Origin: a virus
Strand: one strand, 5' to 3'
DNA: 64,000 nucleotides
Virus record (IMG/VR): IMGVR_UViG_3300044643_002008
Coordinates: 13,201-77,200 of that record
The first letter of the stretch is position 1, and each line of letters begins with the position of its first letter. Position numbers and translations under genes: made by a program. Positions 35,660 to 45,508 of the stretch are shown piece after piece. Below the pieces are notes generated by a model, which did no database searches, had not been told where the DNA came from, and saw only the letters and a list, made by a program, of their open reading frames with translations.

Positions 35660-36120
35660 GTGACTTCTCCCTGCACAACCCAAGAGGCGTAAGATGAGCC
35701 AACCCATTCAGCAAACTTCCTAGGAACAAACACTATTTGACGCTTTGGCATCTTTTCTGTCCCCATCTGATGAAACTTTGCGTAAGAAACTGTAGTCCCA
35801 AATTCAAACTCGGTATTGGACATGCGGAGGGCGGTGTTGGAGAGGTTTGCAAGGCTTGAAAACAGCCGACCAGTTCTAACCATTGGCGGAGCGCCAGGGA
35901 ACGCAACTGCCTTCCATGAGCCATATTGGGCATCAAGTGGAGCCCATCCGCCCGCTAGAAGCCCATTAGATGCAAAGTTTGCAGCGTTTGACATTTCCAG
36001 ACGCGTCTTAGCCTCTGGAAGCAATGGAAGCATCGTCAGGGCCCGTGAGGACATCTTGAAAAGCTTTTTGTCAAGGTTCCCAATGTCTATGCTGACAGAC
36101 AGTTTTACCTTGTCGCTCAT
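35656..36120 (-). CDS. virion morphogenesis protein (Mu gpG / P2 gpS-like)
   Basis: WAPL...MVRTGRLFSSL...GTTVSYAKFHQMGTEKMPKR. Confidence 0.85.
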   Translation of the reverse strand: MSDKVKLSVSIDIGNLDKKLFKMSSRALTMLPLLPEAKTRLEMSNAANFASNGLLAGGWAPLDAQYGSWKAVAFPGAPPMVRTGRLFSSLANLSNTALRMSNTEFEFGTTVSYAKFHQMGTEKMPKRQIVFVPRKFAEWVGSSYASWVVQGEVT

Positions 36121-36740
36121 GCGATACGACGCCTTCTCCATCGCTTGATGGCCATAAGCTCCTTTTCAAGAAACCCAGTCTCCATTGGGGCAACGCCGCG
36201 TGGATTAAGGTCCTTTACGCCTACAACGTCGTCATGCATGTTCTGCATTTCTCTTGTAGCTGCGCGAAGAATCATGAGTTTAAATACGTGGATTTGGTCT
36301 CCGTCTAGACCTGCTGTGTAGGTGACAGTTACTTCGTCATTAGGCATGGCCCGGTACATGTCAATTCCATAACGGTGAACTATGTAGTCTCTTTCGAACA
36401 TCTGAACAACAGCATCACCCTCTGGGGTTCTCAGGGAAACCTCAGAAACGGAGATTATTGGAGTGTTACGAAGATAAACAGTAGCTGGCGTCAGCATGTA
36501 GGGAAGCGTTGTTCCGGTTGTGTCTAGCGTGTAGTCATAGAAGAATGAGGCTTGAGGGACTGACCGGAATTCGCCGGCGATTATGTGAACTTCTTCAAAT
36601 TCGTCAACCTCTATAGGTCTACGCAAATAGCCCTCTAGTTCACTTTGAAGCCCAAGCAGGACCATCTCTGCGGCATCTCTTTGTCTGTTTGTTAAAGAGA
36701 TGTCCATATATGTAATTAGGTCACTTATGGACACAAGCAT
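36117..36740 (-). CDS. head-tail adaptor (gp6-like)
   Basis: LVSISDL...EGYLRR...VTVTYTAG; ends WRRRRIA. Confidence 0.75.
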   Translation of the reverse strand: MLVSISDLITYMDISLTNRQRDAAEMVLLGLQSELEGYLRRPIEVDEFEEVHIIAGEFRSVPQASFFYDYTLDTTGTTLPYMLTPATVYLRNTPIISVSEVSLRTPEGDAVVQMFERDYIVHRYGIDMYRAMPNDEVTVTYTAGLDGDQIHVFKLMILRAATREMQNMHDDVVGVKDLNPRGVAPMETGFLEKELMAIKRWRRRRIA

Positions 36741-36755
36741 TATTGCCTCTTATCT

Positions 36756-36956
36756 CTATCTTCGTCCCAGGGCGATGTCTCGACCCTCTGAAGCCAGCGC
36801 ACGGCCCTGCCCGGCACTTGTACGCACGCGATTGCCTCTTCCGTACTGGAGGCGGTCTGCAAGTCTATTCAGGGTATACGAAACAGCACGACGCCACCAT
36901 GGTGGTCTTTGCTCGCCGGTAAGTTCTTCGTCGTCTACATCGTTGGGGGGTGGCAC
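36756..36956 (-). CDS. small basic hypothetical protein
   Basis: GGAGG RBS upstream of GTG; Arg-rich. Confidence 0.55.
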   Translation of the reverse strand: MPPPNDVDDEELTGEQRPPWWRRAVSYTLNRLADRLQYGRGNRVRTSAGQGRALASEGRDIALGRR

Positions 36957-37014
36957 TAGAAACCTCCGTAAAAGCCATTTGTTTCTAGGTTACCACTTTA
37001 AAAAGCCACGAAAG

Positions 37015-37563
37015 TTATCTATCGGGATTCGGCGGTTTCTCTATCTCGGCCATTTCTTCAGCTGAGCCTTTTGGTGCCTCGATAGGAACCCAAGCCCTGG
37101 AGTAGGTGTGTTCAGATATTTTGCGCTGCTTTATCACGGAGCTGTCCATCATTAATCCAATTTCAGCGTAGCTCATGTTAAATATTTCTTTTAGCTCGTC
37201 GATGTTGTATTTACCCGAATGGAACACATCCCGAACTATGACGGACATGTATTTTGCAACAATCTGTCCTCGACCCCTATTGAGCGAGATGTGCATAACC
37301 ATTGCGTCTATCGCGTCAACGTCCTGAAAGATGACTGGAATTTCCTTCTTGTCCCTCTTCATTATTCGCTTGTCGGACTGGGCGCAAACCCATCGGTGAA
37401 AACCGTCGATGATAAATCCTGTGGACTTCTGGACAATTATCGGTGAAACCCACCCGTAATCATGAAGAGAGTCGGCTAATACCTGGAGGTCTGGCTTTAG
37501 TACGTGAGTAGCTCGCCATGGCGCAGGCTTTATGGAGTCGAACTTTACGTTAGAGATTTGCAT
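37015..37563 (-). CDS. ParB/Srx-like protein (IbrB-like)
   Basis: GWVSPIIV...IIDGFHRW...LNRGRG. Confidence 0.85.
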   Translation of the reverse strand: MQISNVKFDSIKPAPWRATHVLKPDLQVLADSLHDYGWVSPIIVQKSTGFIIDGFHRWVCAQSDKRIMKRDKKEIPVIFQDVDAIDAMVMHISLNRGRGQIVAKYMSVIVRDVFHSGKYNIDELKEIFNMSYAEIGLMMDSSVIKQRKISEHTYSRAWVPIEAPKGSAEEMAEIEKPPNPDR

Positions 37564-38689
37564 TTATTTCCTCTGCCTCTATGGCTTCTTGAACGGTATA
37601 CGCTCTGGTTCCTGGCCCAATTGGGTTTACTGAAGTTGCGCTTATCTCATTCATAAGCAAATTTCTAATAAGCCAATGAAGTGGATATGCCCTAGGGTCT
37701 TTGGCGTGTTTTTTCCTAAACTCAGACGCATAGGACATAGCTCGCTTTTTTAATCCGGGCGTTAAAACGTTTTCTTCAATGCATCGTTTAACCCCATCCC
37801 ATCCGTCTGAGGAGTATCGCATGATGACTGCCTCAATATTGAATTCTGGCCACCAGCGGCGCTGGGCGTCTATCTGAGGGAAACAGGTTACAAGCCGGTC
37901 GTAGAATTCTGGCTCAGTAACAACTACGTCTCCTATTCGGCGTATGGCGACAGAGTGAAGAGGAATACCAACCCGGGCATTGCTTCCAGTTAACGCGGCA
38001 TAGTCGTAGTACTCGCAGTAGTTTGCACCATGCTCTTCTGCCACATACTTGAAGACGTCGTCCGCTGTCCAGTCATAAATAACCTTTGCAAAACGCAGGG
38101 GTATGTTTTTACGCATTTTATATGGCGTAACAATGTAATTCTCGTGCAGCTTTTGAACGCAAGAGCGATATCTAATCATTGACTCGTTTGCCCTGACGCC
38201 AGTCAAAAAGGCAACTTTGCCCTTCTTTCCCTGCATGGTGTAGTAGTCGATTGACTCTGGAATTTTCTTGTCAGGGTCGAGACCAAAGTGCTCTGCGGTT
38301 ATTGCCCACTCAGGTATGTCTCTAACAAGCCTGCCTTGCTTCTTTCGCATTCCAGACCACAGTAGACAGTACTCTCGCCTGCCAAGAACCCATACCTCTT
38401 GGCCAACAGGAAGGCAGTACCACTCCATGTCAACCCAGTCATAGTTTCTAACTTCTTCCATGAACTTAACAACAGAAGGGCTGACCATTTCTTCGTCGCG
38501 GAAAATTACCTTCACAGGCCCAAGTCCGCGTTCTTCGTGTATTTCTTTGGCAAGATACAAAACTGCAGTGCTGTCTTTTCCACCGGAAAACTGAACACAC
38601 ACTGTGTCAAAAGTGTCGTAAACGTGCCGAACTCGTTCCCTGGCAGCGTCTACGCACGAGATGTCCAAATAAAGTTTTTGTCTAGACAT
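37550..38689 (-). CDS. PAPS-reductase-family PP-loop protein (IbrA-like)
   Basis: FSGGKDS, FRDEE, WYCLP, GVRANESMIR, IYDWTADDV. Confidence 0.88.
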   Translation of the reverse strand: MSRQKLYLDISCVDAARERVRHVYDTFDTVCVQFSGGKDSTAVLYLAKEIHEERGLGPVKVIFRDEEMVSPSVVKFMEEVRNYDWVDMEWYCLPVGQEVWVLGRREYCLLWSGMRKKQGRLVRDIPEWAITAEHFGLDPDKKIPESIDYYTMQGKKGKVAFLTGVRANESMIRYRSCVQKLHENYIVTPYKMRKNIPLRFAKVIYDWTADDVFKYVAEEHGANYCEYYDYAALTGSNARVGIPLHSVAIRRIGDVVVTEPEFYDRLVTCFPQIDAQRRWWPEFNIEAVIMRYSSDGWDGVKRCIEENVLTPGLKKRAMSYASEFRKKHAKDPRAYPLHWLIRNLLMNEISATSVNPIGPGTRAYTVQEAIEAEEINANL

Positions 38690-38942
38690 TTTCTTCTTCT
38701 AGTTGTAATTGTTCTGTTTTAATCATCGACTTAATAATCCTATGAAGGTCCATGAGTGCAAGCGTTGGGCCTGTAAATAGTGCGGTTTCAATATCTACGA
38801 AAGACCGAAAACTACATGAAGCAGTCCATGCTGAAGGGTCTTTCATGTTTAATGAAAACATAACCCCATTAAGCGAGAACCATCTCGCATAAGAAATTAT
38901 GTCCGAAGGCTCAGCAAGAGGGTTAGTAGTCGGCGTGAGCAT
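38682..38942 (-). CDS. hypothetical protein
   Basis: Fills the gap; start uncertain. Confidence 0.4.
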   Translation of the reverse strand: MLTPTTNPLAEPSDIISYARWFSLNGVMFSLNMKDPSAWTASCSFRSFVDIETALFTGPTLALMDLHRIIKSMIKTEQLQLEEENV

Positions 38943-39723
38943 CTATAAACTCCATCAATCGTTGTGCTGTTGTGTCGCCTTCATATACAGGTGAGGACTT
39001 TAAGAACCTAATGAACTCATACCATTGGCGCTGTTGTTCGGCGTCGTCAAAAACTAGAGTGTACTGAACAACCGCTTTCGCAGCCCTGGACAGACCCACA
39101 GCCGAGCTACCCAAAGAAACGGCATCTTCAATGTTGACGTTGTCTGTAGCCGTCAGTCTGGCTTCTCCAGATTCGTCAAATTTTGCTGTCACCTTCTCTG
39201 AAGAAGGGCGTTCTTCAAGCTTGTTTGGCATGGGCATAACCATTTCTGGCGCTATGTACCCAGTGCCGATGTCTGTATCCATTTTGGATGCGTAAGACGA
39301 AGTTTCGTCTAGTGCCGCCATCTCAAACTCATCCCAGCCGAGACCATCGAGAAGTTCAAAATACTCAGGTCGTATGTCGTCAAGAAGGTTAAAAAGTTCC
39401 GACTGCTCTGTATGTCCGAGCTCCATCGTTCGGTTGTCAGCGAGCGCAAATGCTATGGCTCTAGAATCGTCTACCGACATTTTTACAGCGGCAATATGTG
39501 TCCAGCCAAGCTTTTTTGCCGCCTGAAGCTGATGGTTTCCAGCAATTACAGTGGAAGTTCCATCTTCGTTTGGTCTAACCACTATTGGCTTGACTTGCCC
39601 AAACTCGGCATAGGACGAAGCGATGGCGTCAACATCACCACGACGGGGATTGTTTTCTAGCTGAACAAGAGTATCGACATCCATGAGAAGACTATTTAGT
39701 TCTTCGTTTACGTTGTGTTTCAT
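38923..39723 (-). CDS. ParB N-terminal-like domain protein
   Basis: NPRRGD...FGQVKPIVV...IAGNH...ALADNRT. Confidence 0.85.
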   Translation of the reverse strand: MKHNVNEELNSLLMDVDTLVQLENNPRRGDVDAIASSYAEFGQVKPIVVRPNEDGTSTVIAGNHQLQAAKKLGWTHIAAVKMSVDDSRAIAFALADNRTMELGHTEQSELFNLLDDIRPEYFELLDGLGWDEFEMAALDETSSYASKMDTDIGTGYIAPEMVMPMPNKLEERPSSEKVTAKFDESGEARLTATDNVNIEDAVSLGSSAVGLSRAAKAVVQYTLVFDDAEQQRQWYEFIRFLKSSPVYEGDTTAQRLMEFIDAHADY

Positions 39724-40067
39724 TACATCACCTGTGCCCTGACGTTTGCATTAAGTGTTCGAAGCGCATCAATGCTCGTGCGCAGTGAAGTCAGCTTCTC
39801 GCGCTTGGATTTTACTAGAGCCTCAGCAATTTTGTAGTCAAGCATTTCGTCACCAAGCTTGTAGTCCGACCAAGCTTCTCGCTCCTTAATCGAGCCCTTA
39901 GCGGAGAGGTATTCCTTTGCCCAGCTTGACTTATAGAAGGCTTCCTTCTTTGCCGAGTCTTGAGCAATCGTTTCAAAAGCTTCTGTTTCCTCTTCAAGCA
40001 TTCCCATTAAGCGAAGCAGCTCTTCTTCTATTTCTACTTGAGAGATTGGCTTATTGCGGTAGTTCAT
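39723..40067 (-). CDS. coiled-coil hypothetical protein
   Basis: Helical 114-aa ORF. Confidence 0.6.
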   Translation of the reverse strand: MNYRNKPISQVEIEEELLRLMGMLEEETEAFETIAQDSAKKEAFYKSSWAKEYLSAKGSIKEREAWSDYKLGDEMLDYKIAEALVKSKREKLTSLRTSIDALRTLNANVRAQVM

Positions 40068-40602
40068 TTATTCCTTCTAGCGGAGACCAGTCAATTGTTT
40101 GCAACGTTGACATGTTTACTTCTGGCCAAGTGTACTGACTTAACCCAAGATGCGCTAGACCCATTTGCTCCAAAATCCAGGCATCACACATGTCATCAGA
40201 ACCAGAACCGGCAAAGACAATTCCGGTCTTGGCAGAGATTGCGGACATAACGTCGTTCTTTGAGGAGTTGCCTTTCCCTGTAGCAAATTTTGCGCGACAA
40301 GTAGGCGGAACATCAACATATTTTATGTCGTTTTCCCATAGCTTCATCCTTACACACCCTCCAAGCTCTCCGATGCTGTGTGCACGAGAGACACGGGAAG
40401 CAAATGCGTAGCTTTCAATTATCGCACAGCTAATTTTTCTTTCTAGACACAAATCTAGAATAGTTGTAGAAATAAACGAAAGTCTTTCTGCTTCTTTAGA
40501 TTTTGTAGATATTACAAAAGTTTCGCCACCAATAGACACACCGGTAGAGGTGAGTGATAAATCGAGGCCGACCAAACTTTTTAATGACACGCCAGGAACC
40601 AT
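40051..40602 (-). CDS. RuvC-like Holliday junction resolvase
   Basis: GLDLSLTSTG, IIESY, KFATGKGNSSK, DDMCDA. Confidence 0.88.
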   Translation of the reverse strand: MVPGVSLKSLVGLDLSLTSTGVSIGGETFVISTKSKEAERLSFISTTILDLCLERKISCAIIESYAFASRVSRAHSIGELGGCVRMKLWENDIKYVDVPPTCRAKFATGKGNSSKNDVMSAISAKTGIVFAGSGSDDMCDAWILEQMGLAHLGLSQYTWPEVNMSTLQTIDWSPLEGINELPQ

Positions 40603-40696
40603 ACTATACATGGATGTAAAAATATCGTTAACAGCTACACGGATATAGATGATTATGATATATGATTTAATCGCAACCCTCAATCAAGGAGACACA

Positions 40697-41044
40697 ATGT
40701 CAACAGCAGTACTTGCACCCACAGTGGTAACACTTACAATCCCTGGAACGCTTGCAACAACTAGTCTTGTTTCTGTAGCTCTTCCATTTAATGGCAAAAT
40801 CACTGGCGCATACGTCGCTGTGACTGGAGCACCAGCAGGTTCTGCCCTCACCGCAGACCTTAAGGTTGGCTCTGACGTCGCAGCAGCCTTCTCAATCGCA
40901 GCAGGCGGTTTTGCAGACGCAGGAACGCTTACAGCAGTCAACTGCGACTTCGTCGCCGGCGACCTTATTCACCTCGACGTGTCGGCAGTTGGCTCTGGCA
41001 CTGCAGGCTCAAACATGACAGTGGCATTCACTGTTGTTCAATAG
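40697..41044 (+). CDS. stand-alone beta-sandwich protein (possible virion decoration), inverted relative to neighbours
   Basis: AAGGAG RBS, ATG at 40697, own terminator; PFNGKI...APAGS...FVAGDLIHLDVSAVGSGTAG. Confidence 0.75.
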   Translation: MSTAVLAPTVVTLTIPGTLATTSLVSVALPFNGKITGAYVAVTGAPAGSALTADLKVGSDVAAAFSIAAGGFADAGTLTAVNCDFVAGDLIHLDVSAVGSGTAGSNMTVAFTVVQ

Positions 41045-41060
41045 TCAAAACACAATTTAG

Positions 41061-41090
41061 AAAGAGCGCTCCTTCGGGGGCGCTTTTTTT
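41061..41090 (+). terminator. Rho-independent terminator, possibly bidirectional
   Basis: aaagagcgctcc-ttcg-ggggcgc-ttttttt, between convergent genes. Confidence 0.85.
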
Positions 41091-41094
41091 ATTT

Positions 41095-41397
41095 CTACTC
41101 GTCGTATGCGTGTTTTGCTAAACCGAGGTCAAACGCTAGTTGTGGGTAGTTGCCGATACGGGAATGGCAAGGTCTACATACGCACATCAAGTTTTCTTCA
41201 TCCAATATGGAGCCACCCTGAGAGCGTCTAACTATTTCGTGAACGTCAACCGACCGGTTTCTTTGGTACGTGACAAGACCGTCATTTTCCGCAAATACAG
41301 GACACGCCTCGCACATTGGTCGCTCTTCAAGCATCTTTTCCACAAGAGGCCGACGAAGTCTATATTCAGCTTCTTTTTTCTTTGACCTATGACGCAT
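41095..41397 (-). CDS. HNH endonuclease-like protein
   Basis: CEAC...DVHE...RSQGG...NLMCVCRPCH. Confidence 0.8.
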   Translation of the reverse strand: MRHRSKKKEAEYRLRRPLVEKMLEERPMCEACPVFAENDGLVTYQRNRSVDVHEIVRRSQGGSILDEENLMCVCRPCHSRIGNYPQLAFDLGLAKHAYDE

Positions 41398-41905
41398 ATG
41401 CGTTGTTCTCGGGTTTTTTGCTATTCCCAATAGCGTCAAATTCCCAGGAGTTGTTAACCGCTGCCCAAAGTGCTTTATCTATGTCTGTTGGCTCAAGGTC
41501 AAACCTATCCATCAGTTCGCGATGTTTTAAGATGGCAGCCTTTAAGAACTCGGCATACCCATCGGAACTGCTTTCGCCTGATTCAATCATCATCGTCACT
41601 TCATCAAGACGTTTTTCAACATGAAACTTAAAGCGACGTATCTTTGACTTCTTGGCCGCGTAGTGCTCAATTGACTGAGAAAGAAGAAATACGCCGTCTT
41701 TGCCCATATTGGTGTACCTAGAAGCGTCGGAGCTTTCATCATTCTCAATTAGAACAATTTGCTCCTCAAGGTTAGAAACCAGGGCGATTAAGCCTCGTTG
41801 CCACCTGTTGAGATTTGACTCCATACAGAGATATTCGCGCTGCGCCAGGGATGCATTGTTTTTAACATCCTCCGCTATAAGTCGTGCAAATGCATCGTCG
41901 TTCAC
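41387..41905 (-). CDS. hypothetical helical protein
   Basis: 172 aa; AILKHR...EPTDIDKALW. Confidence 0.65.
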   Translation of the reverse strand: MNDDAFARLIAEDVKNNASLAQREYLCMESNLNRWQRGLIALVSNLEEQIVLIENDESSDASRYTNMGKDGVFLLSQSIEHYAAKKSKIRRFKFHVEKRLDEVTMMIESGESSSDGYAEFLKAAILKHRELMDRFDLEPTDIDKALWAAVNNSWEFDAIGNSKKPENNAYAS

Positions 41906-42708
41906 TTTTTACCGTTCCATTGAGGGCATATTGTGTTCTTGAATGTACACCAGTCGCACAGCCGATGAGGGATAGCCTCCCATTCGCCAGAATCGCATCG
42001 CTCAACAACGCCATCCCATACCTTGCGAACACGCTCGACTGTATTTGTTAAGTGTTCCGCCGTTGGCTTCATTGTCATTATTTTGTTGTCTTTTAAGTAA
42101 ATGAGTTGAAGCTCGTCGACCGGTTTGTCAACATCGTTGCTTAGCACCAGAGCATAAATAAGCAACTGCATAAACTTGTCGCCGGCGTATCGAGGGTTTG
42201 GCGATTTTCCGGTCTTGTAGTCGCTGATGACTAGGCCAGAAGGAGATTCTGACCACCTATCGATAAAGCCCTTTATCTGGACTCCATCAATCTGACCATT
42301 TAGCTCTGTTTCAATTCCAGCAGGAACAATCTCCAGAGGGTTCTCTACAAGAAAAACATTTTCAATACAAAACCATGATTTCCAACGAAAGTTGTTTATC
42401 TCTTTGTCTAAAGAATGTTTACCTGTTTTGACCTGAACTGACTTAACAAGTATTGGCTCAACTCGCTCCCGCCAATTACTGTTTTCCCAAACTTCCGCAC
42501 TAATGTTTTTTACGGAAAAAATAGTCCTATCTTCTGGCTCCAAAGCATAGAAGTTTTCAAGAACCTCATGAACGAAGTTTCCCATCAGGGTTGCCTCCGT
42601 TGGCGGCTCTGGCATCTTGTCAATACGTGTGTACTTGTATTTAAGAGGGCATTGCTCAAACGTGGAAATAGACGAAGGAGATAAATATGGAGGAAGAAGG
42701 TCAGTCAT
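41902..42708 (-). CDS. PD-(D/E)XK RecB/Cas4-like exonuclease
   Basis: LSPSS...QCP, GNFVHEVLE, GFIDR, DYKTG, Q...Y, CDWC...C. Confidence 0.9.
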   Translation of the reverse strand: MTDLLPPYLSPSSISTFEQCPLKYKYTRIDKMPEPPTEATLMGNFVHEVLENFYALEPEDRTIFSVKNISAEVWENSNWRERVEPILVKSVQVKTGKHSLDKEINNFRWKSWFCIENVFLVENPLEIVPAGIETELNGQIDGVQIKGFIDRWSESPSGLVISDYKTGKSPNPRYAGDKFMQLLIYALVLSNDVDKPVDELQLIYLKDNKIMTMKPTAEHLTNTVERVRKVWDGVVERCDSGEWEAIPHRLCDWCTFKNTICPQWNGKK

Positions 42709-43360
42709 TTTCGCCGGTTTCAAAAGTGAGGAAGAGAGCCTTCTCCATTAACGCTTCAAGGTCTGGCTCTGTTGCGGTCACCTTTGTTGGCTTTGGTCGT
42801 CCGCCTGCGTATTCGGCCCAAAACGCATTCAGTTCTTTCTTCTGCGAATCATTGAGTGCTTTGGATACGGACACAAAATCATCCCAAAGCTCTGCAACCA
42901 CTGGGTCGATTGACTGAATGATTTGTTGCTCGCGTTCGGCGGCTACTTCTTCAAGCATTGCCTCTTCTGAGCGTGCAAGGTAAAGGCCAACGCCAATAGT
43001 TTGAGCGGCTTTCTTTAGTGCGTCAGATACTGCGCCCTTCATCTCGTCACCAAGGTCAACAATTTCTCCAGCCTTTGTGCGCTTGATTTTTTGACCACCG
43101 AACCCGTCGCGAGAGATGGGAAAAACAGCATCAGGGCAATACCACGTCATTCGCACGTGAGCGACGATGTAATCAGGGTCAAGTGCGTCGCGACCGCAAG
43201 AGATGATTTCAAAAGACCACTTGTCTACGCCAACAACCTTGTTCAGTCGAGTAATTACCTCGCTAACAGGAATGTACGTAAGGGAGGTTCCGCCCTTTTT
43301 GAGCTGACGCTCCATTTCGCGTGGAAATGGTTCACTGAGCATTGAATAGATATCGGACAT
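42701..43360 (-). CDS. Rad52/Rad22-family single-strand annealing protein (Sak-like)
   Basis: LTYI...VITRLNKVVG...W...KGAVSDALKKAAQTIGVGLYL. Confidence 0.88.
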   Translation of the reverse strand: MSDIYSMLSEPFPREMERQLKKGGTSLTYIPVSEVITRLNKVVGVDKWSFEIISCGRDALDPDYIVAHVRMTWYCPDAVFPISRDGFGGQKIKRTKAGEIVDLGDEMKGAVSDALKKAAQTIGVGLYLARSEEAMLEEVAAEREQQIIQSIDPVVAELWDDFVSVSKALNDSQKKELNAFWAEYAGGRPKPTKVTATEPDLEALMEKALFLTFETGEND

Positions 43361-43876
43361 TTATTTCACCTTTGGTTTACGGACGATAATGCTCGTCTTT
43401 GGTTCTAACACTTCACAGTAATTATCAGCATTTACGCCAATAGTAAAGAGCTCTTTTACTCGCCAGTAAGATGGCTGTACAAAACGAAGAACTTCACTTA
43501 TTAGTTCTTCTGTCGATTTTTGTGATTCGCCTGTTTCCATGTCAATGTTTGTCATAATTAAACGCCTGGCTATTTCTCCAGCGAGCTCGTTGTGTTTCCA
43601 CGCGCGCCTATCGCTAGCAACTTTTTTCTCAATGCGAATACCGTCACCAAGGTCTACCTCAGGAATATCGGCCATCTCCCTATCAAGCATGGCCGCGACC
43701 GTGTCGTACATTGCCCCAATGCTTGCTTTGGCTGTGTACATCGTGAAAAGCATTTGTGCCACTTCTCGATAATCTGGCGATTCAGAAGAAACTGCAGCAG
43801 AGATTGCCGAGTCAAGTTCAAGAATTGCATGGTCAAGAGCAGAGACCTTAGAGGCCACATCGCTAGAAAATGACAT
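43361..43876 (-). CDS. hypothetical protein in the recombination module
   Basis: RRAWKH...WRVKEL...G...DNYCE. Confidence 0.65.
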   Translation of the reverse strand: MSFSSDVASKVSALDHAILELDSAISAAVSSESPDYREVAQMLFTMYTAKASIGAMYDTVAAMLDREMADIPEVDLGDGIRIEKKVASDRRAWKHNELAGEIARRLIMTNIDMETGESQKSTEELISEVLRFVQPSYWRVKELFTIGVNADNYCEVLEPKTSIIVRKPKVK

Positions 43877-43910
43877 TTTTTCCTTAATAGATAGATATTG
43901 CTAGTAGTTG

Positions 43911-45215
43911 TTAAACGAGGATAGCAACAGGGCGGCGATATGGCAAGCCCAATCCAGCTAAAAATGTAAAAGCTCCGACTGCGGAGTCGACCTGGTCGTC
44001 ATGGTTGCACGCTTCAGGAAATGATGAAAGTTCGTCTAACCAGTCGCTCAGCCATGAATTACGCACTATTCGTACGTTTCCATTTGCAACTGCTGCTGCG
44101 AAAGGACGAGCGCGAGTAATTTTGTCTCCAGTGGCCCTAATCCCACCAAAGTCATACCCGGCGAGGATGTATCTGGCGTACTGGTCAACCAGGGCTTTTC
44201 CGGATGAACCCGGTTCCTGCTCCATTCGAATCTGAACAGCTACGCCATCTTCGTTTGCGGTCTGGGCGATTAACTGCTCAACCTTGTCGCCCTTGACTCT
44301 GGCCCGCTTTACGTCGAGAATATAGGCAACCCCCTGGTCAAAAAGCATTAATGTACCAACGGTCCAGTCAGGGTCTGGATTTGAGTGGTTTGGCTCAGTG
44401 GCAGCCAAGTCCCAAAATCTGACCACTCTTGCCTGTGGTGTGACAATTGGCACTTCGTGGGGGTCAATAATAACAAAGGAAGTTCTGTCAAACAACGAAC
44501 CCAGGGTCGTAGCCCACCAGTCGCCCTCTTCAAGGCGACGACGCTCAATCGGGTCAAGGGAAGCCAGAGCCTGGCGGTATGAGTCGGCGTCGATTCCGGG
44601 GTTGTCTGTAAGGAGGGAGGGTACAAATATTCGGTTTGTAGTCTCGCCTTCCACGATAAACCTCTGTCTTACCCAGTTTGGCGCAGGGTTAGACGCGGCT
44701 CTCATTCGCAGAGGAACCTTGGCTAGCTCACCACTATTAGGGCGACGAAGACGAGAGAAAAGGTATCTGTAGTCAGATTCCCGGATTTCCGTAACTTCGT
44801 CCATGCCAATGAACTGGAATTCCGAACCCTTGTAGCGAAGGTAGTCATTTGTGTTGTTCAGGTATCCAAACGAGATTCTTGCCCCAGAAGGGAATGTAGC
44901 CACATAGCTATTAGCGTTCCAGTGGACATCGTCATAGTTTGCCATCCATGACCTAAAACGGTCCATGAGAGCTCCAGGAAGCGAAAGGTCAGCGAAGGTT
45001 CGACGGAAAAGAATTGCCGAGTACCCAGGAACGTCAACATACTGCAAGGCCGACATTAGAAGCGCAGAGCTCTTTCCTCCACCAGCAGCACCACCAAAAA
45101 GGGCCTCAAGAGTGTTTGTTCTCAAAAACACTTTCTGAGTGATTGATGGCTTTTCGGCACAGTATTCGGATATTTTGGGCTCCAAATATTCCAGTACTTT
45201 GTTCCAGTCGGTCAT
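43911..45215 (-). CDS. terL: terminase large subunit
   Basis: GGAAGGGKS Walker A, FIGMDE Walker B, ASNP, WDLAAT, EQEPGSSGK, FP...HDDQVD nuclease motifs. Confidence 0.95.
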   Translation of the reverse strand: MTDWNKVLEYLEPKISEYCAEKPSITQKVFLRTNTLEALFGGAAGGGKSSALLMSALQYVDVPGYSAILFRRTFADLSLPGALMDRFRSWMANYDDVHWNANSYVATFPSGARISFGYLNNTNDYLRYKGSEFQFIGMDEVTEIRESDYRYLFSRLRRPNSGELAKVPLRMRAASNPAPNWVRQRFIVEGETTNRIFVPSLLTDNPGIDADSYRQALASLDPIERRRLEEGDWWATTLGSLFDRTSFVIIDPHEVPIVTPQARVVRFWDLAATEPNHSNPDPDWTVGTLMLFDQGVAYILDVKRARVKGDKVEQLIAQTANEDGVAVQIRMEQEPGSSGKALVDQYARYILAGYDFGGIRATGDKITRARPFAAAVANGNVRIVRNSWLSDWLDELSSFPEACNHDDQVDSAVGAFTFLAGLGLPYRRPVAILV

Positions 45216-45282
45216 TGCTTGCCCTTCGAGGTGTATAGGTATAGATTAGTATGCAACAAGAGAGATTGAGGAGCAGTACCTA

Positions 45283-45498
45283 GTGTCCAGTGTAAAACAG
45301 TCGTACGTGTCAAGAAAAATTGAGCCGCTAATTAAAAAAATTAAAAAAGGCTTATCTAGACGGGCAACCGCCAATCTAATGATGGTTTCGTTTATACTGT
45401 TTACTGCTATTGGATGTTTTTTGGTGTACGTGCCCGCTGGCTTCATATGTGCCGGCATATCTTGTGGTTTGTTCGGTTTTCTTCTAGGACAGGAATAA
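45283..45498 (+). CDS. small membrane protein preceding the portal
   Basis: Two hydrophobic helices; common position in HK97-type head modules. Confidence 0.6.
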   Translation: MSSVKQSYVSRKIEPLIKKIKKGLSRRATANLMMVSFILFTAIGCFLVYVPAGFICAGISCGLFGFLLGQE

Positions 45499-45508
45499 AT
45501 ACTAAATC

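Noticed and set aside
41095-41397. HNH gene as a mobile intron or intein endonuclease
   Set aside because: It is free-standing, overlaps its upstream neighbour and interrupts no gene.
41902-42708. Cas4-like nuclease as a sign of CRISPR-Cas
   Set aside because: No repeat-spacer array or other cas genes were seen, and the gene pairs with a Rad52-like annealase as an ordinary recombination module.
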